From the NCBI GenBank assembly GCA_963700285.1, contig CAVOXA010000010.1, forward strand, positions 480,001-544,000: a DNA stretch of 64,000 nucleotides. The letters run 5' to 3'. The stretch comes from an uncultured Chloroflexia bacterium. GTDB taxonomy: Bacteria > Chloroflexota > Anaerolineae > JAAYZQ01. A program made the translations under genes and the position numbers. The notes beneath the pieces are model-generated. The model worked only from the letters and a program-made list of their open reading frames with translations, was not told the DNA's origin and did no database searches. Positions 49,527 through 59,422 of this stretch are shown here, piece by piece; position 1 is the stretch's first letter; each line of letters begins with the position of its first letter.

Positions 49527-51218
49527 ATGGACTATGAGCAATTGCAGGCCGACGTCCTCGTCATTGGCGCGGGCGCAGCCGGATGCCGGGCAGCCATCGA
49601 GGCCCACGACCGTGGCGCGGAGGTGGTACTGATGGCCAAGGGCCGGTTCACCCATACAGGCTCGACCTTCTTCCCCCTGACCATCGCCGTAGGCTATACC
49701 TGCGCCCTGCCGGATAGTGACGCCAGCGGCCCGGAGGCGCACTATCGCGAGATCATGGAAGCCGGCCTGGGCATGGCGAGCCCAACGCTGGCCCGTATTC
49801 TGGCCGAGGAAGCGCCAGCCCGGCTGGCCGATCTACTGGACCGCTACCAGATGGCGTTTGAGGAGCAGGATGGCCAGGTACTTTACATCAAACCAGATTT
49901 CGGCAGTGGCGAGATACGGGCCGGTGGGGCAACAGAAGGCGCTATCCGGGAGTCCTTTGGGCGCGAGATCAGGGCGCGGGGCATCCAGGTTCTGGACCAG
50001 ACATCGGCCATCCGCCTCTTGGGTGACCCAAGCGGATGCACAGGCACGATAGCAATGACCCGGAAGGGGGTGCCCATCGTCATCGCGGCCAAGACTACGG
50101 TGCTGGCCACGGGCGGTGGCAGCACAGCTTTCCTTTACCATATGAACACCACGGATCTCACCTTCGATGGCCACGCCATGGCTCTCGAGCTGGGAGCGGA
50201 TCTGGTGAATATGGAATTCTACCAGATGATCCTGGGCCTTACCGGACCCGTCAAGCGTATGTTGATCCCTGAATCCTACCTGGCACTACAGCCCCGCCTG
50301 ACCAATGGCCCAGGAGAGGAGTTCCTGCTGCGCTATCTTCCGGATGGTGTGACCCTGACCGAGTGCCTCAACACCCGCTCTGGAACAGGCCCCTTCCGCT
50401 CCGACGCTGCAGCCAAGTACTTTGACCTGGCCATCTTTGAGGAATTGGGAGCTCGCCGGGGTACAGAAAGCGGCGGCATGCGCGCCGATTTCACGGGCTG
50501 CGATCCAGACCTGGTCCGCTCCGGGAAACTGAACTGGTACTACTGGGCCAAGGAGCGGGGAGTGGACGTCCTGGCCCAGCCGGTGGACATCTCGCCCCAG
50601 GTGCACGCCTTTAATGGCGGAGTGCTCATCGATCCCCAGGCAGAAACCACCGTACCCAATCTGTTTGCCTGCGGAGAGGCGGCAGGCGGCCCGCACGGGG
50701 CCAATCGCATCGGCGGCAACCAGTTCGCCGGCACCCAGGTCTTTGGCGAGCGGGCCGGGCGCTTTGCAGCAGCTCGGGCCTCAGAACTCGACCGGCCGGC
50801 CATCAATCATGACCAGATCGGTGAGTTTGGCGGCAGGCTGTCTATGCTGCGGAGCAGGACCTCGGGATCGGATCCTCAGGTGCTCCAACACGCCATACAA
50901 ACCGCCATGTGGAACGAGATGGGCGTATCCAAAGACGCTGACTCTCTGGCCAGGTGCCTTGACCAACTCAACGCTGTCGAAGATGAAGCGTCGTCGATCT
51001 TCCTACCCCAAGGGCGCGATCTCAGCCTGGCACTGAGCCTACCTCATCTGCTGACCACCGCCAAGATCATTGCCGGGGCCGCTGCTCTCAGGGAAGAGAG
51101 CCGGGGGCCGCACTATCGCGCTGACTTTTCGTCCAGGGATGACGAGCACTTTGGCCGGCCGATCTTTGTCAGGCAGGTGGCCGGCCAACCCGAATTTCAC
51201 ACCGGCCAGCTAAAATAG
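49527..51218 (+). CDS. SdhA/FrdA/NadB-family flavoprotein with no Fe-S subunit nearby
   Basis: GAGAAG, LATGG, NMEFYQ, HAFNGG, HGANRIGGN, EESRGPHYR. Confidence 0.85.
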   Translation: MDYEQLQADVLVIGAGAAGCRAAIEAHDRGAEVVLMAKGRFTHTGSTFFPLTIAVGYTCALPDSDASGPEAHYREIMEAGLGMASPTLARILAEEAPARLADLLDRYQMAFEEQDGQVLYIKPDFGSGEIRAGGATEGAIRESFGREIRARGIQVLDQTSAIRLLGDPSGCTGTIAMTRKGVPIVIAAKTTVLATGGGSTAFLYHMNTTDLTFDGHAMALELGADLVNMEFYQMILGLTGPVKRMLIPESYLALQPRLTNGPGEEFLLRYLPDGVTLTECLNTRSGTGPFRSDAAAKYFDLAIFEELGARRGTESGGMRADFTGCDPDLVRSGKLNWYYWAKERGVDVLAQPVDISPQVHAFNGGVLIDPQAETTVPNLFACGEAAGGPHGANRIGGNQFAGTQVFGERAGRFAAARASELDRPAINHDQIGEFGGRLSMLRSRTSGSDPQVLQHAIQTAMWNEMGVSKDADSLARCLDQLNAVEDEASSIFLPQGRDLSLALSLPHLLTTAKIIAGAAALREESRGPHYRADFSSRDDEHFGRPIFVRQVAGQPEFHTGQLK

Positions 51219-51235
51219 CCAGGAGGAGGTACCAC

Positions 51236-52142
51236 ATGTTACACTGGGAAGAGCTCAAGGCCCGCATCGCGGGCACCATCGTGCCAATGACAACGCCATT
51301 CACCGACTCGGGGGCAAGTCGATCTGGAAGGGGTGCGGGAGAATACCCGATTCCTCATCGAAAGCGGCATCAAAGTCATCTCGCCGCTGGGCAGTACCGG
51401 CGAGTTCTATACCATGACCCAGGAAGAGCATCAAGCCGTGCTCAAGGCAGTCTGCGAGGAGGCAAAGGGTCGAGCTACCGTCATCGCCGGCGCCGGCCAC
51501 TCGGGGACAAAGATCGCCAGCCAACTGGCTGAGATGGCGCACCAAGCCGGAGCGGATGCTACGCTGATCTGTGTTCCCTACTACCTGTACGATGGCGCAG
51601 AAGGGGTCTACCAGCACTACCGCACCATCGCCCGCGAGAACCCCGGCATCGGTGTAGTCGTCTATGCCAACCGAGAGATCATGAAAGACCTGAGCATTCT
51701 CGAGCGCCTCACCTCGGAGCCAAACATCATCGGGGTAAAGGATGCCTCTGGTGACTATGCGCTTTACCGTGACGAGTGCGTCCGCTTCCGGGATCGTTTG
51801 GCCATCGTCGGCGGCGGGAGCATGCAGCATTATCTGTGGGGCTGGTTGTGGGGCTCGCCGGGCTATTTCTGCAGCGTAGCGAATTTCAAGCCCCAGGTGG
51901 AGCTTGGCTTCACGACTTATCTCAAGGAGGGCAACCTGCAAGCCGCCACCATGATTGTGGAAAGGATCGAGCTGCCATTCTTTGAGATCGCCATCAAACT
52001 GGGTTGGTGGCGTACGCTGAAAGCCACGATGGACATCTATGGTCTGCCAGGGGGCAATTCCCGGTTGCCCAACCGCCGGCTCACCCCGGAGGAACAGGAA
52101 GAGTTGGTCGCCTGGCTGGAAAAGATCGATTTGATGCCGTAG
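51236..52142 (+). CDS. DHDPS-family aldolase/dehydratase, frameshift near 51312
   Basis: TTPF..D, GSTGEF, PYY, GVKDASGD; one extra G in a G run splits ORFs 51236 and 51333. Confidence 0.85.
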
Positions 52143-52187
52143 CGGTTCAAGATTGGCATTCCTTCTTAGGAACGCCAATCCTAACGG

Positions 52188-53519
52188 ATGGAAAGTATGA
52201 GCCCAACAAAGAGGAGTTTCGAGTTCACCAAGCAGATCGGGCTAGCGCCTCCCTGCGACGTCCTGGTGGTGGGCGGAGGCATCGCCGGTACCATGGCCGC
52301 TCTGGCTGCGGCCCGAAGGGGTGCCCAGGTCCTGTTGCTGGAGCGCTATGGTTTCCTGGGCGGTACACCGGTGGCCAATGCCGGACCCCACTATTGTTTC
52401 TGCGGCGACACGGCCGGGCAGGGCCAGCTCTTTGACGAATTGCTGGCCGGGCTGGAGGAGCTGGGCGCGGTTGTGCCCTACGAGCCGTGGGACCCCGAAG
52501 CGATCCTGCGCTTCTCCCACGACCACTGGGATTACAGTGTGGCCCGCTATTTTGACAGTACGATGTACCAACTGGCCTTGCAGGAGCTGGTACTCCGGGA
52601 AAAGGGCATCCGTCTTCTGTTGCACTCGCAGGTCGTTGACGGGGTGATGGACGGCGGTCAGGTCACCGCCGTCATCTTTTACAACCCGTCGGGCTTGCAG
52701 GCGATCCTGCCCCGGGTGGTAGTCGACTGCACGGGCGACGCTTACCTGGCAGCAGCAGCCAGTTTTCCCTGTATTAGCGGCCGGGACCACGATGGCATGC
52801 CGCTGCCCTTGTCCTTGCGTCTGAGCCTGAGAGATACGGGCGAGCGGGTAGAAGCAGTGCTACCCTCCTGGAGCGAGAATTACGAGCAAACGGCGAACAT
52901 GCCAATGGTGTCACTCACCCTCGACCAGGAGAGCCTCGCTGATTTTCGCGTCAAGGTTGCCGGCTATGATCCCACCTGCGGAGAGGGCATTACCCAGGCA
53001 GAGGTAGCCTCCCGCAGAGAGGTGCCCGGGATCCTGCACTTTTTGCAGACCCATGGCTATCCCAATCACAAACTGGACAGCATCAGTACCCAGGTCGGCG
53101 TGCGCGTTGGCCGGCGGATCGTGGGCGAATACACGCTCAGCGAAGAGGACGCGCGAAGTGGGGCTGGTTTCAAGGACAGCATCGCCAGGGGGACCTGCAA
53201 CCTGTCGGACAGAAGCCTAATGGATGGCTCGACGGACAGGCAAACCCACGACGAATTGGACGTTGTCGTGGTACCGGCCTACCAGATCCCCTATCGCAGC
53301 CTGGTTCCCCGAGGCGGACAAAACATCCTGGCGGCCGGACGTTGTTTCTCGGCCGACCACCGGGCGCTTTCGTCGGCCAGGATGATGCCGGCCTGCGCGA
53401 TGATGGGCCAGGCCGCGGGCGCAGCGGCAGCCAGGAGCGCCAGCACCGGCCGGGCCGTCATGGACGTGGACATCCCAGCCTTGCAGGAAGAGCTGAGAGC
53501 GGCAGGAGCCGAATTCTAA
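52188..53519 (+). CDS. FAD-dependent oxidoreductase
   Basis: GGGIAG..AA..AAR, LGG, DCTGDA, GVR..RRIVGEYTL, YQIPYRSLVP, AGRCFS. Confidence 0.88.
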   Translation: MESMSPTKRSFEFTKQIGLAPPCDVLVVGGGIAGTMAALAAARRGAQVLLLERYGFLGGTPVANAGPHYCFCGDTAGQGQLFDELLAGLEELGAVVPYEPWDPEAILRFSHDHWDYSVARYFDSTMYQLALQELVLREKGIRLLLHSQVVDGVMDGGQVTAVIFYNPSGLQAILPRVVVDCTGDAYLAAAASFPCISGRDHDGMPLPLSLRLSLRDTGERVEAVLPSWSENYEQTANMPMVSLTLDQESLADFRVKVAGYDPTCGEGITQAEVASRREVPGILHFLQTHGYPNHKLDSISTQVGVRVGRRIVGEYTLSEEDARSGAGFKDSIARGTCNLSDRSLMDGSTDRQTHDELDVVVVPAYQIPYRSLVPRGGQNILAAGRCFSADHRALSSARMMPACAMMGQAAGAAAARSASTGRAVMDVDIPALQEELRAAGAEF

Positions 53520-53601
53520 GGCAAAGCCCAACATCCCGCAAGTTATCCAGGACTGGAACCAGAACTTGCGGGATATTGTCAATAATGGGAAAGAGGTTCA
53601 C

Positions 53602-54636
53602 ATGAGGTTAGCTACTTTTGTTGCACGAGAGCGCGAGCGCATTGGCTTTGTCCTGGACAATCAGGTGTATGGCTTGCTCGAAACGCAAAAGGCCGTGGCC
53701 GACCTGCGTATCGGCGGCCCCAAGCCAGAGTTCCTGGGCGGCCAGGCCTTTCCTGAAACCATGGAGGGTCTGTTGGCCCTGGGCCGGCCGGCCCTCGATG
53801 GCGCTCGCCGAGTCGAAGATTTTGTCCGGACCTATGCCGATCAGGGTCGGGACCCATACGAACTGCGGCACGCCGCATTTCACCTGGATGAAGTGCATTT
53901 GCGGGCCCCTATACCCCGCCCCCGTTTCCTGTTCGGCCTGACCGGCAACAGTCCTCAGTTCTGGCGGGGCAAAGGACTGCCCATTGTGCAATACCCCGTC
54001 GGCCTGCTGCGGCCTTGGACCTGTGTCCGGGGGCACATGGAGACCGTGACCATTCCGCCCATCTACCGTGAGATCCGCTGCGCCTCGGAGTTGGGTGTGG
54101 TGGTTGCACCCGGTGGCCGCGACATCCCGCGCAAGAAGGCCATGGACCACGTCGTTGGCTACACCTGCGTCAATGACATCGTATCCAACCACTGGAAGGA
54201 CATCTACACAGCAAATGCTGGAGATGATCCGGCCTTTATCGATCTGTGCACCTCCAGCTTTTATGGCCGTGCTACCAACGGGTTTGCGCCGGTGGGGCCC
54301 TATATCACCACAGCCGAGGAAGTGGGCGACCCATACGGCCTGCTGGTCTACTCGCGCATGTCAACAGACGAGTCTGCAGCCCCCATCACACGGGACCGCG
54401 CCCATACCAATGCCATGATCGTCGGCATTGAAGACGCCATCGCCTGGCTGTCGCGGCTGGTGACCCTGCCGCCGGGAGCGATCATCTATATGGGCACCAT
54501 GGGCGTGGACGGCTACCAGGTCTATCCCGACCAGTTTTTCAGACCGGGTGGCTATGTGGAGGTTGAGTACGAGCGCGTTGGGGTTTTGCGCAGCCCTATC
54601 GATGACCAGCGACCAAGGGCAGAAAGCGAGAGATGA
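53602..54636 (+). CDS. Fumarylacetoacetate hydrolase-family protein (variant)
   Basis: LRAPIPRP, ELGVVV, GYTCVND, PVGPYI, TLPPGAII..GT. Confidence 0.8.
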   Translation: MRLATFVARERERIGFVLDNQVYGLLETQKAVADLRIGGPKPEFLGGQAFPETMEGLLALGRPALDGARRVEDFVRTYADQGRDPYELRHAAFHLDEVHLRAPIPRPRFLFGLTGNSPQFWRGKGLPIVQYPVGLLRPWTCVRGHMETVTIPPIYREIRCASELGVVVAPGGRDIPRKKAMDHVVGYTCVNDIVSNHWKDIYTANAGDDPAFIDLCTSSFYGRATNGFAPVGPYITTAEEVGDPYGLLVYSRMSTDESAAPITRDRAHTNAMIVGIEDAIAWLSRLVTLPPGAIIYMGTMGVDGYQVYPDQFFRPGGYVEVEYERVGVLRSPIDDQRPRAESER

Positions 54637-54639
54637 GCA

Positions 54640-55308
54640 ATGTTAAACTGTTGGCATCTGTGGCTGTGTGAGGCCAATTACCGCGAGGTAGGGGATCTGG
54701 AGGGCATTCCTCCACGCCCCCACGTCTTGGCCTATCAGGCACCAGCTACCTCGTTGACCGAGGGTGGCCCAGTGATAATCCCTGCGCGTGCGCGGAGTAT
54801 CTCGTGTAGCTGCGAGCTGGCAGTCGAGATCAACCAGACTATTCACCAGGCAGATGAATCGCTGGCAGAGCGGGGCATACGCGGTTATCGTGTCCTGGCT
54901 GGATTTCGTGATTCGTCACTATTCGAAGAGGTACCCCAACCCACGCCGCGAGACGAGGGGGTATGTGTTTACTATGCCCGCTGGGCGGATACATTCAACT
55001 GTGTGGGCCCGTTGGTGCCACGCTCCCAGGTGGACGATCCCCACAGCGCGCAGATGAGTGTCGAGATCGACGGTTTCGCTCCGGTGCTAACCGATTCGAA
55101 CGACTATTTGCACCGGGCGCCAGCGGCGATTGCTACCCTGTCCCAATTCGCCACGTTGCAGCCTGGTGACATTATCTCATTGGGCCGGGCGGGAAGCATG
55201 GTCGAGATTCCGGCCGGCCAATCCCTTGCCAGCCGGGCACGGGTTCTGGCCAAGATCGCCGGTGTAGGGCGGGTCGAGGCATCCATTGAGGATGGGCGAC
55301 GCACCTAG
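54640..55308 (+). CDS. Degenerate FAH-family protein
   Basis: CELAVEI, VGPLV, LSQFATLQPGDIISLG, IAGVGRV. Confidence 0.7.
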   Translation: MLNCWHLWLCEANYREVGDLEGIPPRPHVLAYQAPATSLTEGGPVIIPARARSISCSCELAVEINQTIHQADESLAERGIRGYRVLAGFRDSSLFEEVPQPTPRDEGVCVYYARWADTFNCVGPLVPRSQVDDPHSAQMSVEIDGFAPVLTDSNDYLHRAPAAIATLSQFATLQPGDIISLGRAGSMVEIPAGQSLASRARVLAKIAGVGRVEASIEDGRRT

Positions 55309-55328
55309 GGGAGGAGGGGTTTTCAACC

Positions 55329-56117
55329 ATGGATCTGGAGTTACGGGGCAAGGTGGCATTGGTCACTGCAGCCAGCAAGGGTATGGGCAAGGCGGCGGCA
55401 AAACGATTCGCGCAGGAGGGCGCCTCGATAGCCATCTGCGCCCGGGGTCAAGAAGGCCTGGAAGCTACGGCCAGCGAGATCCAACGGACCACTGGCGCCA
55501 GAGTATTGGCTGTACAAGCTGACCTGTCGGTGGCCAACGACGTCCATCGCGTCGTTGAATCAACACTGGCGCAGTATGGGCGCATCGACGCCCTGGTCTG
55601 CAATGCCGGAGGGCCGCCCGCACTGCACTTTGAGGACGCCACGGAGCATGACTGGTCCAAGGCGCTGGATCTGAGCCTGCACAGCACCATGCGCCTGGTA
55701 CGCCAGGTGATACCCACCATGCGCGAGCAAGGGGGTGGCAGCATCGCGGCCATTACCTCCACAACCGTTCAGGAGCCAAGCTACGGCCTGATCCTGTCCA
55801 CCGTTCCCCGGTTAGGGGTCGCGGGCCTATTCAAGGCACTGTCCAAAGAATATGGGGCCGATGGTATCCGCTTCAACGTCGTCTCCCCGGGCGGCTTTCG
55901 CACCGACCGGAGCGTGGAGCTGATGGAAAAGCGCGCGCAGGAGGCCGGCCAATCCATTGAGGAACTGGTACTTGAAGCAGGGCAAGGGGTACCTCTGGGA
56001 CGCCTGGGCGAGCCGGAGGAGATTGCCGACGTCATCGTCTTTCTGTGCTCGGCCAGGGCCAGCTATGTGACCGGGACACTCATCGCCGTTGATGGGGGGC
56101 GTGTTCACGGCCTCTGA
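55329..56117 (+). CDS. Short-chain dehydrogenase/reductase (atypical SxxxR subgroup)
   Basis: TAASKGMG, NAGGP, LSTVPR, PLGRLGEPEE, VDGG. Confidence 0.9.
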   Translation: MDLELRGKVALVTAASKGMGKAAAKRFAQEGASIAICARGQEGLEATASEIQRTTGARVLAVQADLSVANDVHRVVESTLAQYGRIDALVCNAGGPPALHFEDATEHDWSKALDLSLHSTMRLVRQVIPTMREQGGGSIAAITSTTVQEPSYGLILSTVPRLGVAGLFKALSKEYGADGIRFNVVSPGGFRTDRSVELMEKRAQEAGQSIEELVLEAGQGVPLGRLGEPEEIADVIVFLCSARASYVTGTLIAVDGGRVHGL

Positions 56118-56135
56118 GCCCGCTGATGGTGCTAT

Positions 56136-57371
56136 GTGAACCCACGGCAGTTGCGCAGAACCAAATCCCGAGATCTCGTCCTCATGCTGGTGCTCGTGTT
56201 CATCGCTGGACTCTGCGAATACAGCGTCGGTGTCCTGGTGCCTCTGGCAGCCGATGCCAGGGGAGCCAGCAATACCTGGGTTGGGGTTCTGGTTGGTGCG
56301 CCACAATTGATGCTGGTTCTAACCATGATCCCCAGCACCCACTGGGTGACATCTTGGCGACGGAGGACCGTATTGGCTTTGGGCACTGGGCTGCAAGGCG
56401 TGGGCGCGCTAGGCCACGCTGCGATCCCGAACCCTTCGGGGATGCTCTTGGCCCAACTGTTCCTGGGACTGGGTCTGGCCCTCTTTTGGCCCGCGTACCT
56501 CAGCTACTTTGGCTCGATTGTGCATGGGGACGCAGCCAACGAATGGCAGGGCCGCCGTGCAGCGGTGGAAGGAGTAGCCCTCCTGGCCGCGCCTGTATGC
56601 GCAACCATTCTGGCCCAAGTACTGGGCTACGGGAGTACCTTCGCGGCGATTGGCTTGATCACCGTCACCATTGCCCTGACCCCGCTGCTGCTCATGACGC
56701 CGGAAACGCGTCCCCTGAGCCACCGGACCCCCAGAACCGGCCTGACCGTCACGGCCCGCCAAGTTGGCCACATGCTCAAGCGTCCGGCCTTGCTGATGAT
56801 CTTTGGCCTGATCTCCATCGGAACGGTCCTGGTCATTCGGATGGGAGGTCCTTTTCTGACGCTCTACCTATCGAGTCTTGGCTACAGCCAGGTGGCCGTT
56901 GGACTGCTACTCAGTCTGCAATCTCTCAGCAAGATATTCTTTCAAACAGGATATGGCCGAATGGCCCGGCGGGTACGACACGTCTATCTCCTGACACTGT
57001 CCATTCTATTTACAGCCCTGACCAATATGCTCCTGCCAGCTTTCACCCTGCCTGTCCTGCTGATTGCCCTCTTGCTGGTCAGTGGCGCCTTCCTGGCGCC
57101 CTACAATCCAGGCATGGTTAGCCTGGTGCATGGCCAGTTTTCTGAAGGGGAACGGGATCTAGGTATGGCCCTGTGGATCACCACCTTGAGCTTGACTGGC
57201 TGGTTGGCAGCGCCAGCGCTGGGCGCTCTGAGCGATGCGGTGGGCCTGGCTGCCATGTTCTCCATCGCCAGTTTCTTGGTCATCCTGACGACGATTACCC
57301 TGGTAGGGTCTGCCCGATGGATGGCGCAACAGGAGAATGCGCCCGGCGAAATGGCAAAGCTTTGGCGTTGA
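56136..57371 (+). CDS. MFS transporter
   Basis: About 12 hydrophobic segments in two halves; GALSDAVG. Confidence 0.8.
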   Translation: MNPRQLRRTKSRDLVLMLVLVFIAGLCEYSVGVLVPLAADARGASNTWVGVLVGAPQLMLVLTMIPSTHWVTSWRRRTVLALGTGLQGVGALGHAAIPNPSGMLLAQLFLGLGLALFWPAYLSYFGSIVHGDAANEWQGRRAAVEGVALLAAPVCATILAQVLGYGSTFAAIGLITVTIALTPLLLMTPETRPLSHRTPRTGLTVTARQVGHMLKRPALLMIFGLISIGTVLVIRMGGPFLTLYLSSLGYSQVAVGLLLSLQSLSKIFFQTGYGRMARRVRHVYLLTLSILFTALTNMLLPAFTLPVLLIALLLVSGAFLAPYNPGMVSLVHGQFSEGERDLGMALWITTLSLTGWLAAPALGALSDAVGLAAMFSIASFLVILTTITLVGSARWMAQQENAPGEMAKLWR

Positions 57372-57429
57372 GGGTGTCGGTATGAAGCCCTACCCAACAC
57401 AGAGAACATCCAACACGGAGGAATAGGAC

Positions 57430-58446
57430 ATGAGCAGTTACGATATCGATGAAAAACTCGCAACATACCGCCAGGCATGCCGCCTGGGAACAGACTGGCT
57501 CTTGGGTTTCATGAATCCAGATGGGTCTCTTGGCCCTGTCCAGGAGCGGCTGTTCTACTATCGCGTTCCCTGGGCATTGGCCCTCATGGGTGAGATCACG
57601 GCTGCCAGCCGGGTACTGGACTGGATCTCTCAGAAAATGTTCACGACAGATGGAGCTTTTGAGGGCGTCTCCCCTCGGGGCGTATTCGACGAGCGCTACG
57701 GGTCCTATCCGCTGGCGTGTCTCATCGTTGGCGCAACTCTGCTGCGACGCTTTGACATCGTCTATCCCGGCACAAGGCATCTGCTGACCTGGCAGGATCC
57801 AGAGTCGGGGGGATTCTACAACAACCGTACGGACTCGACAGATAGCTGCGAGCAGGAGCTCTTTCCTGCCTGTCAGGGCGGAATGACCTTTATCCTGACC
57901 GGCCAGATTGAGGCCGCCAGGAAAGCCGGCGAGTGGGTGAGACATCTGTGGGAACTGCAGCCCGACGTAGAGCACGAGCTGTACCACGTCTACAGCCCAG
58001 CGCAGGGGCTGGTCACCGATTTTTCCCCAGACCAGCAGGCTGTATATCTGACCCGCAAAGACCACCCCTGGCAGTATCACTACAACGGCGGCATTGCCGC
58101 GGCCTTCCTGACCAAGCTGTACATGGCGACCGGAGACGAAGAATGGCTGGATCTGGCCCGCAAGTACCAGGCATTCTCGATGACAAGCGACGAGTGCCAG
58201 TTCCAATCCATGCAGACCTGCAAGTCTGGCTGGGGATCGGGCCTGCTCTACGTGGCCACCCGGGAGCGGGCCTACAGGGACTGGACAGTCCGCCTGGGAG
58301 ATTGGTTCGTAGGAAACCAGTTTGAGGATGGTCACTGGGAGAACACCAAACACTGGACGCCAGATCCAACGGACGACATCAATATTGAGGTCACGGCCGA
58401 GTTTGTGATGCACATGGCGAATCTCATCTCCTATCTCTCGGTCTGA
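57430..58446 (+). CDS. Hypothetical protein, probable (alpha/alpha)-barrel with QW-like repeats
   Basis: WLLGFMNPDGS, TTDGAF, WQDPESGGF, NQFEDGHW. Confidence 0.65.
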   Translation: MSSYDIDEKLATYRQACRLGTDWLLGFMNPDGSLGPVQERLFYYRVPWALALMGEITAASRVLDWISQKMFTTDGAFEGVSPRGVFDERYGSYPLACLIVGATLLRRFDIVYPGTRHLLTWQDPESGGFYNNRTDSTDSCEQELFPACQGGMTFILTGQIEAARKAGEWVRHLWELQPDVEHELYHVYSPAQGLVTDFSPDQQAVYLTRKDHPWQYHYNGGIAAAFLTKLYMATGDEEWLDLARKYQAFSMTSDECQFQSMQTCKSGWGSGLLYVATRERAYRDWTVRLGDWFVGNQFEDGHWENTKHWTPDPTDDINIEVTAEFVMHMANLISYLSV

Positions 58447-58555
58447 CCCTGCCGCCGTCAACAGGAGGGCTGGAGATTCTGGCCACAATCGTGACCGATT
58501 CACAGGGTAGGATTCTCATGTTGAGCGACAAATCATTTATGAAAGGAAAACTTTG

Positions 58556-59371
58556 ATGAGTGACTTTGACCGAGCTGCCAACAGGACGCTTCGACCGAAC
58601 CGAGTATTGGACCGGATACGGGCTGGTAAATATGTGCTGACCGGCAGCACCACACCCTATCCCTCACCCAAGATTTCCGAGATGATGGGGCTTGTCGGCT
58701 TTGACTGCGTCTGGATCGACATGGAGCACCAGGATTTTTCCTGGGACCAGGCATTCAACATGTGCCTGGCCGCCCGCGCCTCAGGCATGGAGCCGATGAT
58801 CCGCGTACGAAAGGAGGGGGATCAGTCATTCTTCCGGGTCTTTGAGGCTGGGGCAACTGGTATCATGGTGCCCCATGTGCGTACGATGGAGGAGGCTGAG
58901 TGGGCGCTCAAATTCTGCCGCTTTGCGCCCGTCGGGCTGCGGGGCATGGACGGCGTGGAAGCGGCGGCCAAATACAGCCTGGCGCCCATGCAGGAATACA
59001 TAGACTGGACGCTGCGTGAGACCTTTGTCCTTTTCCAGGTGGAAGACAAAGAAACCTTGGACATCCTGGACGATATCGCAGAAATGGATGGCCTGAACGG
59101 GCTCTTTTTTGGACCCGGTGACATGTCGCAATCCCTGGGCATCCCTCTGCAGTTCGATCATCCCCAGATGCACGAAGCGCGCAAACTGGTGGCCGCAACC
59201 GCCAAGAAACACGGCAAGTTCTGGGGCATGCCCGTGGGAAATGCAGCCCAGGCGGCAAAGCTGAATAGAGAAGAGGGCGCCCAGTTCTTTGCTTGCGGCG
59301 CAGCCATCATTATCTTGCTGGCAGGCTACCAGTCGATCCGGGACGACTTTGATCAAGTAATGGGACCGTAG
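58556..59371 (+). CDS. HpcH/HpaI aldolase family
   Basis: WIDMEH, IRV, VPHV, P.GLRG, QVED, GPGDMS. Confidence 0.9.
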   Translation: MSDFDRAANRTLRPNRVLDRIRAGKYVLTGSTTPYPSPKISEMMGLVGFDCVWIDMEHQDFSWDQAFNMCLAARASGMEPMIRVRKEGDQSFFRVFEAGATGIMVPHVRTMEEAEWALKFCRFAPVGLRGMDGVEAAAKYSLAPMQEYIDWTLRETFVLFQVEDKETLDILDDIAEMDGLNGLFFGPGDMSQSLGIPLQFDHPQMHEARKLVAATAKKHGKFWGMPVGNAAQAAKLNREEGAQFFACGAAIIILLAGYQSIRDDFDQVMGP

Positions 59372-59422
59372 CTTGAGTAGGGGACACTCTTACTGGGTGC
59401 TGGAACAGAGAGGAGATTCTAG

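Noticed and set aside
55329-56117. SDR lacking YxxxK as a novelty
   Set aside because: TAASxGxG with SxxxR is a known atypical SDR subgroup.
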